Below are positions 1 to 11,791 of a stretch of 64,000 nucleotides of DNA, piece by piece. A program made the position numbers and the translations under genes. The notes beneath the pieces were generated by a model. That model saw only the letters and a program-made list of their open reading frames with translations, made no database searches and was not told the DNA's origin. This DNA comes from Azolla caroliniana (Eukaryota > Plantae > Polypodiophyta): NCBI GenBank assembly GCA_043228905.1, contig JBHGNT010000026.1, positions 1-64,000 of the forward strand, given 5' to 3'. Position 1 is the stretch's first letter. The number at the start of each line of letters is the position of its first letter.

Positions 1-1322
1 ACTATTGATATCTCGTTCACGAGAAGCCAACTCCCTATTGCATACGGTATATCCATTGTTTAAGTTAAGAGATGTATTTCCTTTATCGGAATCTAGAGAA
101 TGTATGGCTTGGGCATTGCATAATATTCTATGTGCCAATATATTAAGAAACTCCTAGATAATGTTATGTGTCACCTTTACATCAACAAGACGATGCTTTC
201 AAGATTGGCAACACTTGCTTGCCCATTTCAACGAGTAAAATATATGGCATCATACCGATTGAATCATGGATGGATGTACATTGTGAGGCCATATGGATTA
301 TGCAAAAACCATTGATTGGTGGAAAACAATTTTAAAGTGCAATGGATGTGTTTATTAGTGCTCGAGGAACATGTGTTTTGAGGCGTTGTTTGTTTGGAGT
401 ATTTATTATATGTGGGGGTAGTTTTTTTTATTTAATGCATTCAATTTGTCAAAATACAAGGCCTTTGTTATGTCCCTATCTTAGATCCATTATTTATAGG
501 CTTTCACCTATCTTTTGAGGTAAAATAAAGTGTATATAGGCTTATGCTGGAGAGGGAGGAGATAAAATGAATTTAGAAATGCATGCAAAACAGCAAGTTG
601 GAACCTGGGAAAGAATTGAAACATACACTTATAAACTCATAACTAATAATGAATCAAAAGAGTTCACCTTGCTAGAAAAAACTTTGTGCCTAAATGTTTT
701 TTGATTTGGTATTCTAGTATCAATGTATGTTGCAAGTCCAATACCTACATTATTGAGCACTAATTGAAAAGACAGGTCTACAATCAAAGTAACACTTAGC
801 TTTAGTATGATACATCATACAATTATTAGAACTTATTGTTCAAAACTAAAATTACGTTATCTAGCAATAGGTTGAAAATGATGAGGCCTAGGGCTATACT
901 CAAATATTTTTGTAGAGAGAGATAAGGAAAGTAACAATGACCATTGACAATAGGACTATTAATCTATATATGAAAAATATTCTTTCTAAGAGATGACTAG
1001 ATTTCAATTATCAGAGTGATCAATTAACAACATCCTTACAAGGGCCAATCTACAATGGTCCTAATTGATTGTCATCTGTCATGCACAACCCATAATTGTG
1101 TTGAACATTAACTTGGACAACTAGATGTTATAATGTTTGTTTGTGTTATTTGGTAGCACACTCTTGCCACATTGGTGCCATAGTGTTATTTGCAAGGAGG
1201 AAAACACAAAAGAGGCTATGATATCCTTGGTTATCATGACATCACATGTTCTATCCTTGACTATTGGAATCATTAGAACCTTTTTTGATGACCTACTTAA
1301 GTTGTTGTGAAGGTTGTACCAT

Positions 1323-1582
1323 GGGGACAACTAGTGATGGACAAGGTTGCCCAAACCTGAACACCCATTTTAATGGAATCACAATTTTCTAGTGTATGTT
1401 CTGATTATGTATGCAATGGAAGTGGTTGTTAATAATGTCCAATCTCAATGTCATGGGAATCACAAAAAGCTTTAGAGATGACATTCAGTTGTCATGGAGG
1501 TAGTAGTATCACTTGGCAACTTGTGATGGAGAAGGTTCCCCAAACCCGGACACCTATTTAATGGATTCATAATTTTCTAACA
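1323..1582. repeat. Diverged ~65-70 bp direct repeat pair (about 1323-1392 and 1514-1582)
   Basis: GACAACTAGTGATGGACAAGGTTGCCCAAACCTGAACACCCATTTTAATGGAATCACAATTTTCTA aligns by eye with GGCAACTTGTGATGGAGAAGGTTCCCCAAACCCGGACACCTATTTAATGGATTCATAATTTTCTA about 190 bp downstream. Confidence 0.7.
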
Positions 1583-2346
1583 TATACATATTTTGACTAT
1601 TGATTGGTGAGGTATTTTTGGAAATAACAGAGAGTTATGGTGAATTTGGAGAAATAAAGAATGTCTTTAAGGGCATCCCATAGTTTTCTCGAAACAATTG
1701 GGTTCCTCGGAAATATGATGTCTCACTTAAATAGTTAATCAAGTCAATTGGATAAAAGGTATTTCGAAATCCATCATATTTTGACATAACATTTACAGAA
1801 ATAAGAGATACAATGTAGACGGTTATTATTATTTGAATCAATAATAATGGTTTGGGAACTTAGAGATCTCCAAAACAAATGTGGTAGTGTCTGATGAACC
1901 TTGATAGTCTCGCTTAAATTTCTGGATGTCATCTAGTCAATCTTCAACCCCCCCCCCCATTTTGGAACTAGATCTGGAAGTTGATTAATGTGGTAGTTTT
2001 GATGTGAATCCAACAATCAATCCATCATAGTGATGTTTGAACATGGTATCATCCCGATTCCAAGTTTGATCCTTGTAATGGGGCTGGGCACATCTATAGT
2101 ACTAGATCATATTCTTTCACTGGTATAAATTTCTGTCTGTTATGGAGCTTGGCAACATAGGCTTATATAATGTATATATTGAACTTTTAAGCATGTGTCT
2201 TTGAATCTAGTGCATGGGATGTATGTGTAAAAGTAACCATCTTATAAGGATGGTTATTTGTCATTTACGTAAATACAATCTTCTTTGTTCATGTAATGAT
2301 GGGTATGCATATTCGTATGTGCGATACATATAACCAAACACGGCTG

Positions 2347-2391
2347 CATACATACATACATACATACATACATACATACATACATACATAC
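2347..2391. repeat. (CATA)11 microsatellite
   Basis: Perfect tetranucleotide run read directly. Confidence 0.97.
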
Positions 2392-2822
2392 GGCATGTCT
2401 TCAAGGCCCAAGTGTGAAACCAAATTAAATGAACGAAACCCATGAAAGGCTGCGTCCATTGGGGATTGGGGGGGGGGGGGAGAGAAGGCAGGCTCAATTA
2501 GATTAATGCGCTCATGATTCAAACAAGATTAGTTGTATGTAATTAATCCCACGCGAACGATGATTATTAACCATGAGGGGAAACAAAACAAAACAAAACA
2601 AGATGTTCTAATTGAACCAATTAATTAAGAGATTAGTTTGGTGTGGTTTAATCTGTGTAGAATCACGCGCGTGAGTGAGGAAAATGGCGAGCGGGCATGC
2701 AGACAATGACGTAAGAAAATAAGTTACAGATTTCTTTTTATGATGATGATGATGATTGATTGATTTGAATCAGTGAATTCTTTTGCCTTCGCTTTCACAT
2801 ACCTTCCAAACCTCTAAAACAT

Positions 2823-3563
2823 ATGCGTGCATATTGGGCCCATCCGTTGCAGGCATTGGGCTCCCGTTACCCCAGCAATCTGCGATCTGTGTACAAGCAG
2901 GCGTACCAGCGTCATTATCCGTATGAGAAGGTGCAATACGTGGAGCCACGTGGGACGGATGCAGCAGCAGCAGCAGCAGCCACGTTCTACAAGCAGCAGC
3001 TTGACTTCACGACTCGGGGGTCCTCCTCCACACGCAGCCTCCCGCCAACTGCCCCTTCTCCCTCTACTACTTTTATGGGCGACGGAGCCCCAAATTCCGT
3101 TCTTGACCATCGGACCATGTACAAGGTGAGATTCTGGAACAATTCCAAGGAGTTACCTCGAATGTTTGCTCGAATTCAAAGTCCCCCCATTGTCACTTTG
3201 GGCAACTTCAATGACTCGTCTTTCTGTAGTGACACGACACATCACTTTCACTTTCGGCGATTGCCCATGTGTAGGCGCATTGGGCTTGGGGCTCATTCTT
3301 CAACCCATCTCGACATTGCCAAAGGAGCTGTGTTGGACAACAAGACCACATATGATCAAAATTTTAAGAAATCGACAATGGTTGATCCTCACAGCATAAG
3401 CATAGTAAGGAACATTGATGATAATAATTCTCGTGATTCAAAATTCATCGGCGAGACCCAATACAAGAATGACTTCAAAGCTCATGAACATGTTCTAAAA
3501 ATACCCAGCCATTGTGCTACATCCGTCTTTCAACTACAAACTCGCCCCTCTACTAGACAATGA
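2823..3563 (+). CDS. Putative SAXO/FAM154 (MAP6 Mn-motif)-like microtubule-stabilising or axonemal inner protein, 246 aa
   Basis: Longest ORF in the window, ATG start, in a locally GC-richer island. It has six spaced [TS]-x-[YH]-x-x-x-[FY]-like motifs: SVYKQAY (aa 22), TFYKQQLDF (54, imperfect), TMYKVRF (98), TTHHFHF (138), TTYDQNF (175) and TQYKNDF (212), spaced 32-44 aa apart. The last reads KFIGETQYKNDF, close to the SAXO F-x-G-x-T-x-Y-x-x-D-F pattern. The family call is motif recognition, not a database hit, and extra exons are not excluded. Confidence 0.65.
   Translation: MRAYWAHPLQALGSRYPSNLRSVYKQAYQRHYPYEKVQYVEPRGTDAAAAAAATFYKQQLDFTTRGSSSTRSLPPTAPSPSTTFMGDGAPNSVLDHRTMYKVRFWNNSKELPRMFARIQSPPIVTLGNFNDSSFCSDTTHHFHFRRLPMCRRIGLGAHSSTHLDIAKGAVLDNKTTYDQNFKKSTMVDPHSISIVRNIDDNNSRDSKFIGETQYKNDFKAHEHVLKIPSHCATSVFQLQTRPSTRQ
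2961..2980 (+). repeat. (GCA)n trinucleotide tract encoding poly-Ala inside the 246-aa ORF
   Basis: GCAGCAGCAGCAGCAGCAGC gives AAAAAAA in frame. Confidence 0.9.
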
Positions 3564-4059
3564 CCATATCGTCAATGATCTCGTTGCTTGGTGTCTACAC
3601 GTAAAGGATCTATATCATGTGTAGATAAAGCTCCACATAATTGGACTTTTTGTATTAAAAAAAACACATAATTGTCAAATCGAATCAATCTTGTGTCCTC
3701 TCTGCCATTGCATGCATAATAATATGTGCAAAACATGAGTTAAAACATATTGCTAGAATACCCTTATGTCACACTTTTGTATTGCATGTTAGATCATATT
3801 GGCGTAATATCTCAAATATTTTCTAGCAATATACTTAAGAGGCTTATGAAAAACTTCAAAGCACTAGATTCTTCCGATTCAGTGAACAACTAAAATTTAC
3901 ATCTACCAAAACTAGTTCATTCAAACGGGTGTGTTGTAGATATCCACATAAGGAAAAGAAACCATAATCAACATGAAAGTTAATAAAACATGTAGGGACA
4001 TAATGATGCGAATGGTGTCTTGTGCAAGCACCATAATATGAATCTAATTCCTAGTTAGG

Positions 4060-4357
4060 TTAAGATATGCTAACCTCGTTATATGACAAAAATCTACTAT
4101 GAGTGTGAAAACCATTTATAAAGTGCTTATAGGAGTAATTAAAAATGATATGACATTTAAAATGGCTTGCTTTTGACCAAATGCTTATGGGGGAATCCTA
4201 TTAAGATATGCCGACCTTGTTATGACAAAAATCTACTATGAGTGTGAAAACCAATTATAAAGTGCTTATAGCAGTAATTAAAAATGATATGACATTTAAA
4301 ATGGCTTGCTTTTGACCAAATGCTTATTATTTTTATGTGAATTATGGGGGAATCCCA
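4060..4357. repeat. ~140-bp tandem duplication (2 copies)
   Basis: TTAAGATATGC...ATGACAAAAATCTACTATGAGTGTGAAAACCA...AAAATGGCTTGCTTTTGACCAAATGCTTAT...GGGGGAATCC occurs at about 4060-4199 and 4201-4357. The second copy has a short insertion before GGGGGAATCC. Confidence 0.92.
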
Positions 4358-4378
4358 TGGTAATTCTTCAATTGTATA

Positions 4379-4454
4379 TAGGGTTTAGGGTTTGGGTTTG
4401 TGTTTTGTGTTTATTGTTTAGTGTTTAGTGTTTAGTGTTTAGGTATAGTGTTTG
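4379..4454 (+). repeat. Degenerate plant telomere-like (TTTAGGG-related) interstitial tract
   Basis: TAGGGTTTAGGGTTTGGGTTTG followed by 7-bp units TTTAGTG TTTAGTG TTTAGTG TTTAGG. Confidence 0.6.
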
Positions 4455-5364
4455 CCGCTCATCACCCTCCCGCTAGTAATCTCACTTTTACAAACTCTAT
4501 ATCTTTACCCCTCCATACTATATATCTTGGCCCCAACAAAACATACACTTCACCCCTACTCACACCCCTATATCCCATTCCTTTTCAAGTCTTTTTCTTT
4601 CTTACTTTTCTCTATGTTCGAGCATACAAATAAATGGCGACAAGCATCCCAAAGGGAGGATAAAAAACACGACCCACTCAACGACACACACCCAAAACCA
4701 ACACACCCGCCAATCCACCCGCAACTACCATCAACACCAATGCGCAAGCCGATCCACCAACAACGACCACCAATACCGGCGCCTGCGCCTCCGATCCTCC
4801 AATGGCCACTATAAACAGGGAAGCTCCTTCTCTCCCCTCTCTTTCTTGTCAAATGGTAAATAATAACGTCCCACGTCATATTGAGTATCTAGATACGAAG
4901 TGTGCTTAAATAGTGAACACCCCACACATACCCTTTCCCCACCCACAAAAAACCCCCCTATACCAACTAGGACACTATCACTAGACTTGGCCTCGACAAG
5001 CTCTAGTGGTAATGCACAAAACCTCCTCCCCCCAGGGCCAGAGCACGCTATGGTGTACCAACTTTTGGCCAAAATTTTAGTACTAATTCTATGAGGGAAA
5101 AACAAAAAATGTAAAAATAATCCAATATTTGGGTTTAAAAAGTTGATCATCACTTGTGTTAAAATTAAAAGTCATATTCAATGAAAATGGATTTCAAATA
5201 TGAAAAAACATTACACATCCTTCCACTATTATGTCTATGTCCAAACATTCCTCTTGTAGCCAATTGCAATTAAGGTTGTCGGTTCACAATCCTAGGTAAT
5301 ATTGTACAGAGATCTTAACTGTACAAGATCTCGGGTAGTCAGTCAATCATGAAGATAGTAAGTT

Positions 5365-5366
<2 letters not shown>

Positions 5367-5408
<42 letters not shown>
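5367..5408. repeat. (TC)21 microsatellite followed by a pyrimidine-rich leader
   Basis: Perfect dinucleotide run. CT-rich sequence continues to about 5530, upstream of the proposed ATG at 5566, a common plant 5'-UTR/promoter composition. Confidence 0.95.
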
Positions 5409-5411
<3 letters not shown>

Positions 5412-5565
5412 TCAAAGGTTAACCTCGAACTGAAAGTTAGTCAGTTAGACTCTCCCCTCTCTCCTTCCCCCTTCTACTCGGTGATTCCCTAGGTTCGTAC
5501 CTCCTCTCTTTGTTACTCTTTCCTTCCCGTGCTTCAAATGTGTCTCCTCTGTAAAAACTTCTGCA

Positions 5566-7325
5566 ATGACATCTACAACCATAACGACATCTGGTGCATG
5601 TTCTGCTACATGTTTGATTCTATGTGTTATTGTCGTTTAGGGTTTTGTTGTTGTTGTTTGTGTTGTTCTCCCTTGACCATTTGAGAACCTTGTACATGCA
5701 TATGCTTGAATTTGAGAGTCTTGTACATGCATATATGCCATTTTTTGTAGGTGCTTGAATTTTGTACACGTTGACATATTGAAAGAGGGTTCTATGATGG
5801 TAAAATGCAATGTTCTTGTGGGTTTTGTTAAATAATCTTGTCCTTGTCCTTGTCCTTGTCTATCTATGGTTGTCCTTTTTGTTGTTCTTGTTGTTTGTGT
5901 TGTTCTCCCTTGATCATTTGAGAACCTTGTACATGCACATGCTTGAATTTGAGAGTCTTGTACATGCATATGTCATGTTCTGCATTCGCTTGAATTTTGT
6001 ACATGTTGACATATTGAAAGCGGGTTCTTGTTAAATGATATTGTTCTTGTCTATCTGTGGTTGTCCTTTTTGTTGTTCTTGTCATCCTTATTGTTCTTGT
6101 TTTCCTACCTGATTTAGTACTATTATGATGCATGTATATGTACTGTATTGGGAGTTAACATTATGTTTCATGTTCGGCATTTCCTTGAATTTTGTACATG
6201 TTGACATATGGAAAGAGGGTGCGTTGTCTGGTTGTCCTGGCGTTAAATGTTATTGTGATTTATTGTTATTTATTATTGTTGTGCATGTGAGGCGAAGAAG
6301 AGAGACAAGACTCACATGACAAGGAAGACGCCCACGAAGAAGAAAATGTCAACACACCATGCAAGGAAAGAAAAAGGACCCCCATCAAAGAAAGTAGGAT
6401 GACCCCCACCAGAGGGAGGTCGAAGTTTTCAACAACTCGAGGCAAGAAGATTTACACAAACATCCTTCGAGGTACAAAATTAGGATGGGGTTATTTCCTT
6501 CATGCATGACCTGACCCTTATGAAGACCTAGACATGTGGATGATGAAAACTTGGGGCTCATCACAACCCGAGACAAGGAGAGGTTTCCACCTTACTCAAT
6601 TGAAGAAGGATTATCTCACTGAACTAAAGTCACGATATGAACAAGTTTATGATACGAAACACATCCTAAACAATGAGGTAGGAACTATTTTTGCATGTGC
6701 ATTTGCATGTGAACTCCATGGTGGCATTGAAGTTGATTGGGAAGATTTTTCTCATCATCGATCATCATATTATAGAGGGTCCTCAAGTACCAACACTACC
6801 ATGAAGTCTGAGGGTACCTCTCCTATTGAAATCCCATCTAGGACATCTGTGTTGACTCAACATATTGCAAAACAAAGAACCACATTGACAGAAAAGCATG
6901 AAGAGTGATTGTCGTGTTGTATAGCTTCCATGCAAACAAGAATGCAAGCACTGCATGCCGATTTGGAAGAAGTTTCATTTGGTGAGATGGCGGTAGAAAA
7001 ACAATTCACATCTATATCAAATACATATGAATGGATTGCATCAACAATCCAAAATTCTGAAAGCGATGTGTTGAAAGAGGAGTTGAAGAAGGAGCTCACA
7101 AATATGGGTACTCAACTGGGAACACAGAAGAAAGATCTAGAGACATGGAGGGCTTCTCGTTCTGAAATTGATGATAATTTATTAGCCTTAAAGCTACATT
7201 TTGAGAACCTAACATGTTTGATGAATGGTCTAAAAGAGAAAGGTTTAGATACTCTGTGTCCAGAGGTAGTTGAGCACCCCGCTTGCATGGAAAGTACAAT
7301 TACAAGTATTACTATATCACAGTAA
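5566..7325 (+). pseudogene. Probable two-exon pseudogene (unknown, possibly TE-accessory, protein with a coiled-coil C-terminus)
   Basis: One frame runs from 6291 to TAA at 7323-7325, interrupted only by TGA at 6507-6509 (HA*PDP) and TGA at 6906-6908 (EE*LS). Listed ORFs 6534-6908 and 6909-7325 abut in frame. The product looks protein-like (ELKSRYEQVYDTKHILNNEVGTIFACAFACELHGGIEVDWEDFS, then a heptad-rich tail). A candidate first exon 5566-5593 (MTSTTITTS-G|GT) is phase-compatible with an AG at 6290-6291, but the exon 1 and intron model is tentative. Confidence 0.6.
5645..6222. repeat. ~237-bp T/G-rich tandem repeat (2 copies plus a partial third), inside the candidate intron
   Basis: TTGAGAACCTTGTACATGCA..TGCTTGAATTTGAGAGTCTTGTACATGCATAT at 5681 and 5918 (offset 237). 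CTTGAATTTTGTACA(C/T)GTTGACATAT(T/G)GAAAG occurs three times (about 5754, 5989 and 6184). Confidence 0.88.
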
Positions 7326-8695
7326 TGCTTTATAATTTTCCTTTTTGACCTTCTATGGTATAAAATATCATCAGTGTTCATATAGTGTATGATGTATCTC
7401 GTTACTGAAGGTGTGTATTCTGTGGCCTTGGATTCAAGCTTGAGGTTATGGATGCTAACATTACACCATGCTTGCACACATATAATTTGTTATGTGCTAA
7501 GTACCATTTGTTATGATTGCACACATATCATTTTGAGAATAAAGCAGTTTATGATATGGTATTGAAAAATCAAGATTGTTCAACTCAGAGCAAGAGACAT
7601 GAAGAAAATAGCAAAGTTGTCCAAGACTTGAGGAGGGCGTAGACAAGAGCGCGTGAGTAAATGAAAATGTCCATAGCTGGCACTTGTGATATCATATTTT
7701 TGTGTTCAAACATGCGAATCGAAGCTAACGAAGCTGACTATGATATAGCATTGAAAAATCATCATTTTGAAACTCAAGGTGAGAGACATGAAGAAAAAAG
7801 CAAAGTTGTGGCACACTTGAGAAGGGCGTAGACAAGAGCGTGTGAGTAAATGAAAATGTTCATAGCTGGCTCGTATGATGTTGGATTTTTGTGTTCAAAC
7901 AATCGATTTGAAGCTAAGGAAGCAATCTATGATATAAAATTGAAAAACCACGATTTTGAAATTCAAGTGAAGAAAAAAGCAAAGTTGTGCCACACTTGAG
8001 GAGGGCGTAGACACGAGCGCGTGAGTAAATGAAAATGTTCATACCTGGCTCGTGTGACATCAGATTTTTGTGTTCAAACATGCGAATCGAAGACAACAAA
8101 GCAGTCTATGATATAGAATTGGAAAATCATGATTTTAAATCTCAGGGCGAGAGACATGAAGAAAAAAGCAAAGTTGTGCCACACTTGAGGAGGGTGTAGA
8201 CAAGAGCACGTGACTAAAAGAAAATGTTCATACCTGGCTCATGTGATATCGGATTTTTGTGTTCAAACATGCAAATCGAAGCTAACGAAGAAGTCTATGA
8301 TATGACATTCAAAAATCACGATTTTGAAACTCAGGGCGAGAGACATGAAGAAAAAAGCAAAGTTGTGCCACACTTAAGGAGGGCGTAAACAAGAGCGCGT
8401 GAGTAAATGAAAATGTTCATAGCTGGCTTGTGTGATATCAGAATTTTGTGTTCAAACATGAGAATCGAAGCTAAAGAAGCAGTCTATAATATGGATTTGA
8501 AAAAAACATGATTTTAAAATTCAGGTGAAGAAAAAAGGAAAGTTGTGCCACACTTAAGGAGGGCGTAGACCAGAATGCGTGAGTAAATGAAAATGTTCAT
8601 AGCTAGCTCTTGTGATATCGGATTTTTGTGTTCAAACATGCGAATGGAAGCTAACGAAGTAGTCTATGATATGGAATTGAAGAATCACTATTTTG

Positions 8696-8805
8696 CAATA
8701 TCGACTACATGTCCAAATGGTTCAGTGTTGTGCCCTCAAATCCCTTTTTTGTTGGTTCAGTACTTATCATTCTCAAATGTATGTGTCATTGTATTCCTTG
8801 GTGAT
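8696..8805. other. 110-bp non-consensus segment replacing part of an A monomer (copy 1)
   Basis: CAATATCGACTACATGTCCAAATGGTT...GTCATTGTATTCCTTGGTGAT lies between ATTTTG and the TGTGATATC-equivalent box. Confidence 0.85.
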
Positions 8806-11681
8806 CTATGCTATTACATTTTTGTGTTCAAACACGTGAATCGAAGCGAACGAATGGCATTGAAAAATCATGATTTTGAAACTTACGGCGAGACATGAAG
8901 AATAAAGCATAGTTGTGCCACACTTGAGCGGGGCGTAGACAAGAGCGCGTGAGTAAATGAGAATGTTCATACTTGGCTCGTGTGATATTGGATTTTTGTG
9001 TTCAAACAATCGAATCGAAGCTAAGGAAGCAGTCTATGATATGGAATTGAAAAACGACTATTTTAAAATTCAGGTGAAGAAAAAAGAAAAGTTGTGCCAC
9101 ACTTGAGGAGGGCGTAGGCAAGAGAGCGTGAGTAAATAAAAATGTTCATAGTTGGCTCCTGTGATATCAGATGTTTGTATTCAAACATGTAGATTGAAGA
9201 TAATGAAATAGTCTATGATACAAAAGTGAAAAATCATGATTTTGAATCTCAGGGTGAGAGACATGAAGAAAAAAGAAAACTTGTGCCACACTTGAGGAGG
9301 GCATAGACAAGAGCACGTGAGTAAATGAAAATGTTCATAGCTGGCCCTTGTGATATCAGATTTTTGTGTTCAAACATGCGAATCGAAGCTAATGAAGCTG
9401 ACTATGATATGGCATTGAAAAATCATGATTTTGAAACTTAGGGCGAGAGACATGAAGAAAAAAGCAAAGTTATGCCACACTTGAGGAGGGCGTAGAGAAG
9501 ACCGTGCGAGTAAATGAGAATGTTCATAACTGGCTCGTGTGATATTGGATTTTTGTGTTCAAACAATCGAATCGAACCTAAGGAAGATGTTTATGAGATG
9601 GAATTGAAAAACCACGATTTTAAAATTTAGGTGAAGAAAAAAGTAAAGTCGTGCCACACTATAGCAGGGCGTAGACAAGAGCGCATGAGTAAATGAAAAT
9701 GTTCATAGTTGTCTCGTATGATATCGGATTTTTGTGTTCAAAAATGCAGATTCAAGATAACGAAGAAGTCTATGATGCGAAATTGAAAAAACATAATGTT
9801 AAATCTCAGGGCGAGAGACATGAAGAAAAAAGCAAAGTTGTGCCACACTTGAGGAGGGCGTAGACACGAGCACGTGAGTAAATGAAAATGTTCATACCTG
9901 GCTCATGTGATATCGGAATGTTGTGTTCAAACATGCGAATCATAGGTAACGAAGCATTCTATGATATGGCATTGAAAAATCATGGTTTTGAAACTCATCG
10001 AGAGAGACATGAAGAAAAAGGCAAAGTTGTGCCACACTTGAGGAGGGTGTAGACAAGAGCACGCGAGTAAATGAAAATGTTCATACCTGGGTCGTGTGAT
10101 ATTAGATTTTTCTGTTCAAACATGTAAATCGAAGCTAATGAAGCAGTCTATGATATGGCATTGAAAAGTCACGATTTTGAAACTCATGTCAAGAGACATG
10201 AAGAAAAAGGCAAAGTTGTGGTACACTTGAGGAGGGCGTAGATAAGAGCGCGTGAGTAAATGAAAATGTTCATAGGTGGCTCTTGTGATATCGGAGTTTT
10301 TGTGTTCAAACATGCGAATGGAAGCTTACGAAGCAATCTATGATATGGCATTGAGAAACCATTATTTTGAAACTCAGGGCGAGGGATATGAAGACAACAG
10401 AATGGTTGTGCCACACTTGAGGACGACGTACACAAGAGCGCGCGAGTAAATGAAATTTTTCATAGCTAGCTTGTGTGAGGTTGGAATTTTCCTTCAAACA
10501 ATCGAATTGAAGATAAGGAAGCAATCTATGATATGGAATTGCCAAATAATTATTTTGAAGCTCAGGGCGAGAGACATGAAGAAAAAGGCAAAGTTGTGCC
10601 ACACTTGAGGAGGGCATCGACAAGAGCACATGAATAAATGAAAATGTCTATACCTAGCTTGTGTGATATTAGATTTTTGTGTTCAAACATGGGAGTCGAA
10701 GCTAAAGAAGCAATCTATGATATGGATTTGAAAAGTCACGATTTTGAAACTCAAGGCGAGAGACATGAAGAAAAAGGCAAAGTTGTGGCACACTTGAGGA
10801 GGGCGTAGAGAAGAGCGCGTGACTAAATGAAATTGTTCATTGCTGGTTCCTGTGATATCGGATGTTTATGTTCAAACATGCGAATCGAAGATAACGAAGC
10901 AGTCTATGATATGGCATTGAAAAATCACGAGTTTGAAATTAAGGGTGAGAGACATGGAGAAAAAAGCAAATTTGTGCCACACTTGAGGAGGCCGTAGACA
11001 GAAGCGTGTGAGTGAATGAAAATGTTCATAGCTGGTTCGTGTGATATCGGAATTTTGTGTTCAAATATGCAAATCGAAGCTAACAAAGTAATCTATGATA
11101 TGGTATTGAAAAATCATGTTTTGGAAACTTAGGGCGAAAGACATGAAGAAAATTGCAATGCTGTGCCACACTTGAGGAGGGCGTAGACAAGAGCGCGTGA
11201 GTAAATGAAAATGTTCATACCTGGCTCGTGTGATATCGGATATTTGTGTTCAAACATGCAAATCGAAGCTAACAAAGCATTCTATGATATGGCATTGAGA
11301 AATCATGATTTTGAAACTGAGGGCGAGAGACATGAAGAAAAAATTATAGTTGTGCCACACTTGAGGAGGGCGTAGACAAGATCGCGTGAGTAAATGAAAA
11401 TGTTCATAGCTTGCTTGTGTGATATCAGATTTTTGTGTTCAAAATTGCGAATCGAAGCTAACAAAGCATCCTATGATATGGAATTGAAAAAACACAATTT
11501 TAGAATTTAGGTGAAGAAAAAAGCAAAGTTGTGCCACATTTGAGGAGGGAGTAGACCAGAGCCCGTGAGTAAAAGAAAATGTTCATAGCTGCCTATTGTA
11601 ATATCGGATTTTTGTGTTCAAACATGCGAATCGAAGCTAACAAAGTAGTCTATGATATGGAATTGAAGAATCACTATTTTG

Positions 11682-11791
11682 CAATATCAACTACATGTCC
11701 AAATGGTTGAGTGCTGTGCCGTCAAACCCCTGTTTGGTTAGTTCAATATTGATTGTTCTTAAATATATGTGTCATTGTATTCCTTGGTGAT
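11682..11791. other. 110-bp non-consensus segment replacing part of an A monomer (copy 2)
   Basis: Diverged homologue of 8696-8805 at the same monomer position. Confidence 0.85.

Noticed and set aside
1-320. Short ORFs at the window start (possible TE tail)
   Set aside because: Multiple stops in all frames and no identifiable motif.
1100-1850. Possible degenerate Ty3/gypsy gag remnant on the minus strand (MSKYDG...QLFRE...PNS)
   Set aside because: The resemblance is faint and fragmented, with no LTR, PBS or pol evidence. It needs a tBLASTx or HMM search before a call can be made.
2261-2522. Minus-strand ORFs with MYVC repeats and poly-Pro
   Set aside because: Produced by the (CATA)n microsatellite and the G-run.
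4448-6133. Pro/Thr-rich and Leu/Val-rich ORFs (4452-4814, 4568-4879, 5637-5969, 5810-6034 and others)
   Set aside because: Explained by C/A- or T/G-skewed low-complexity sequence and the 237-bp repeat, with no coding signature.
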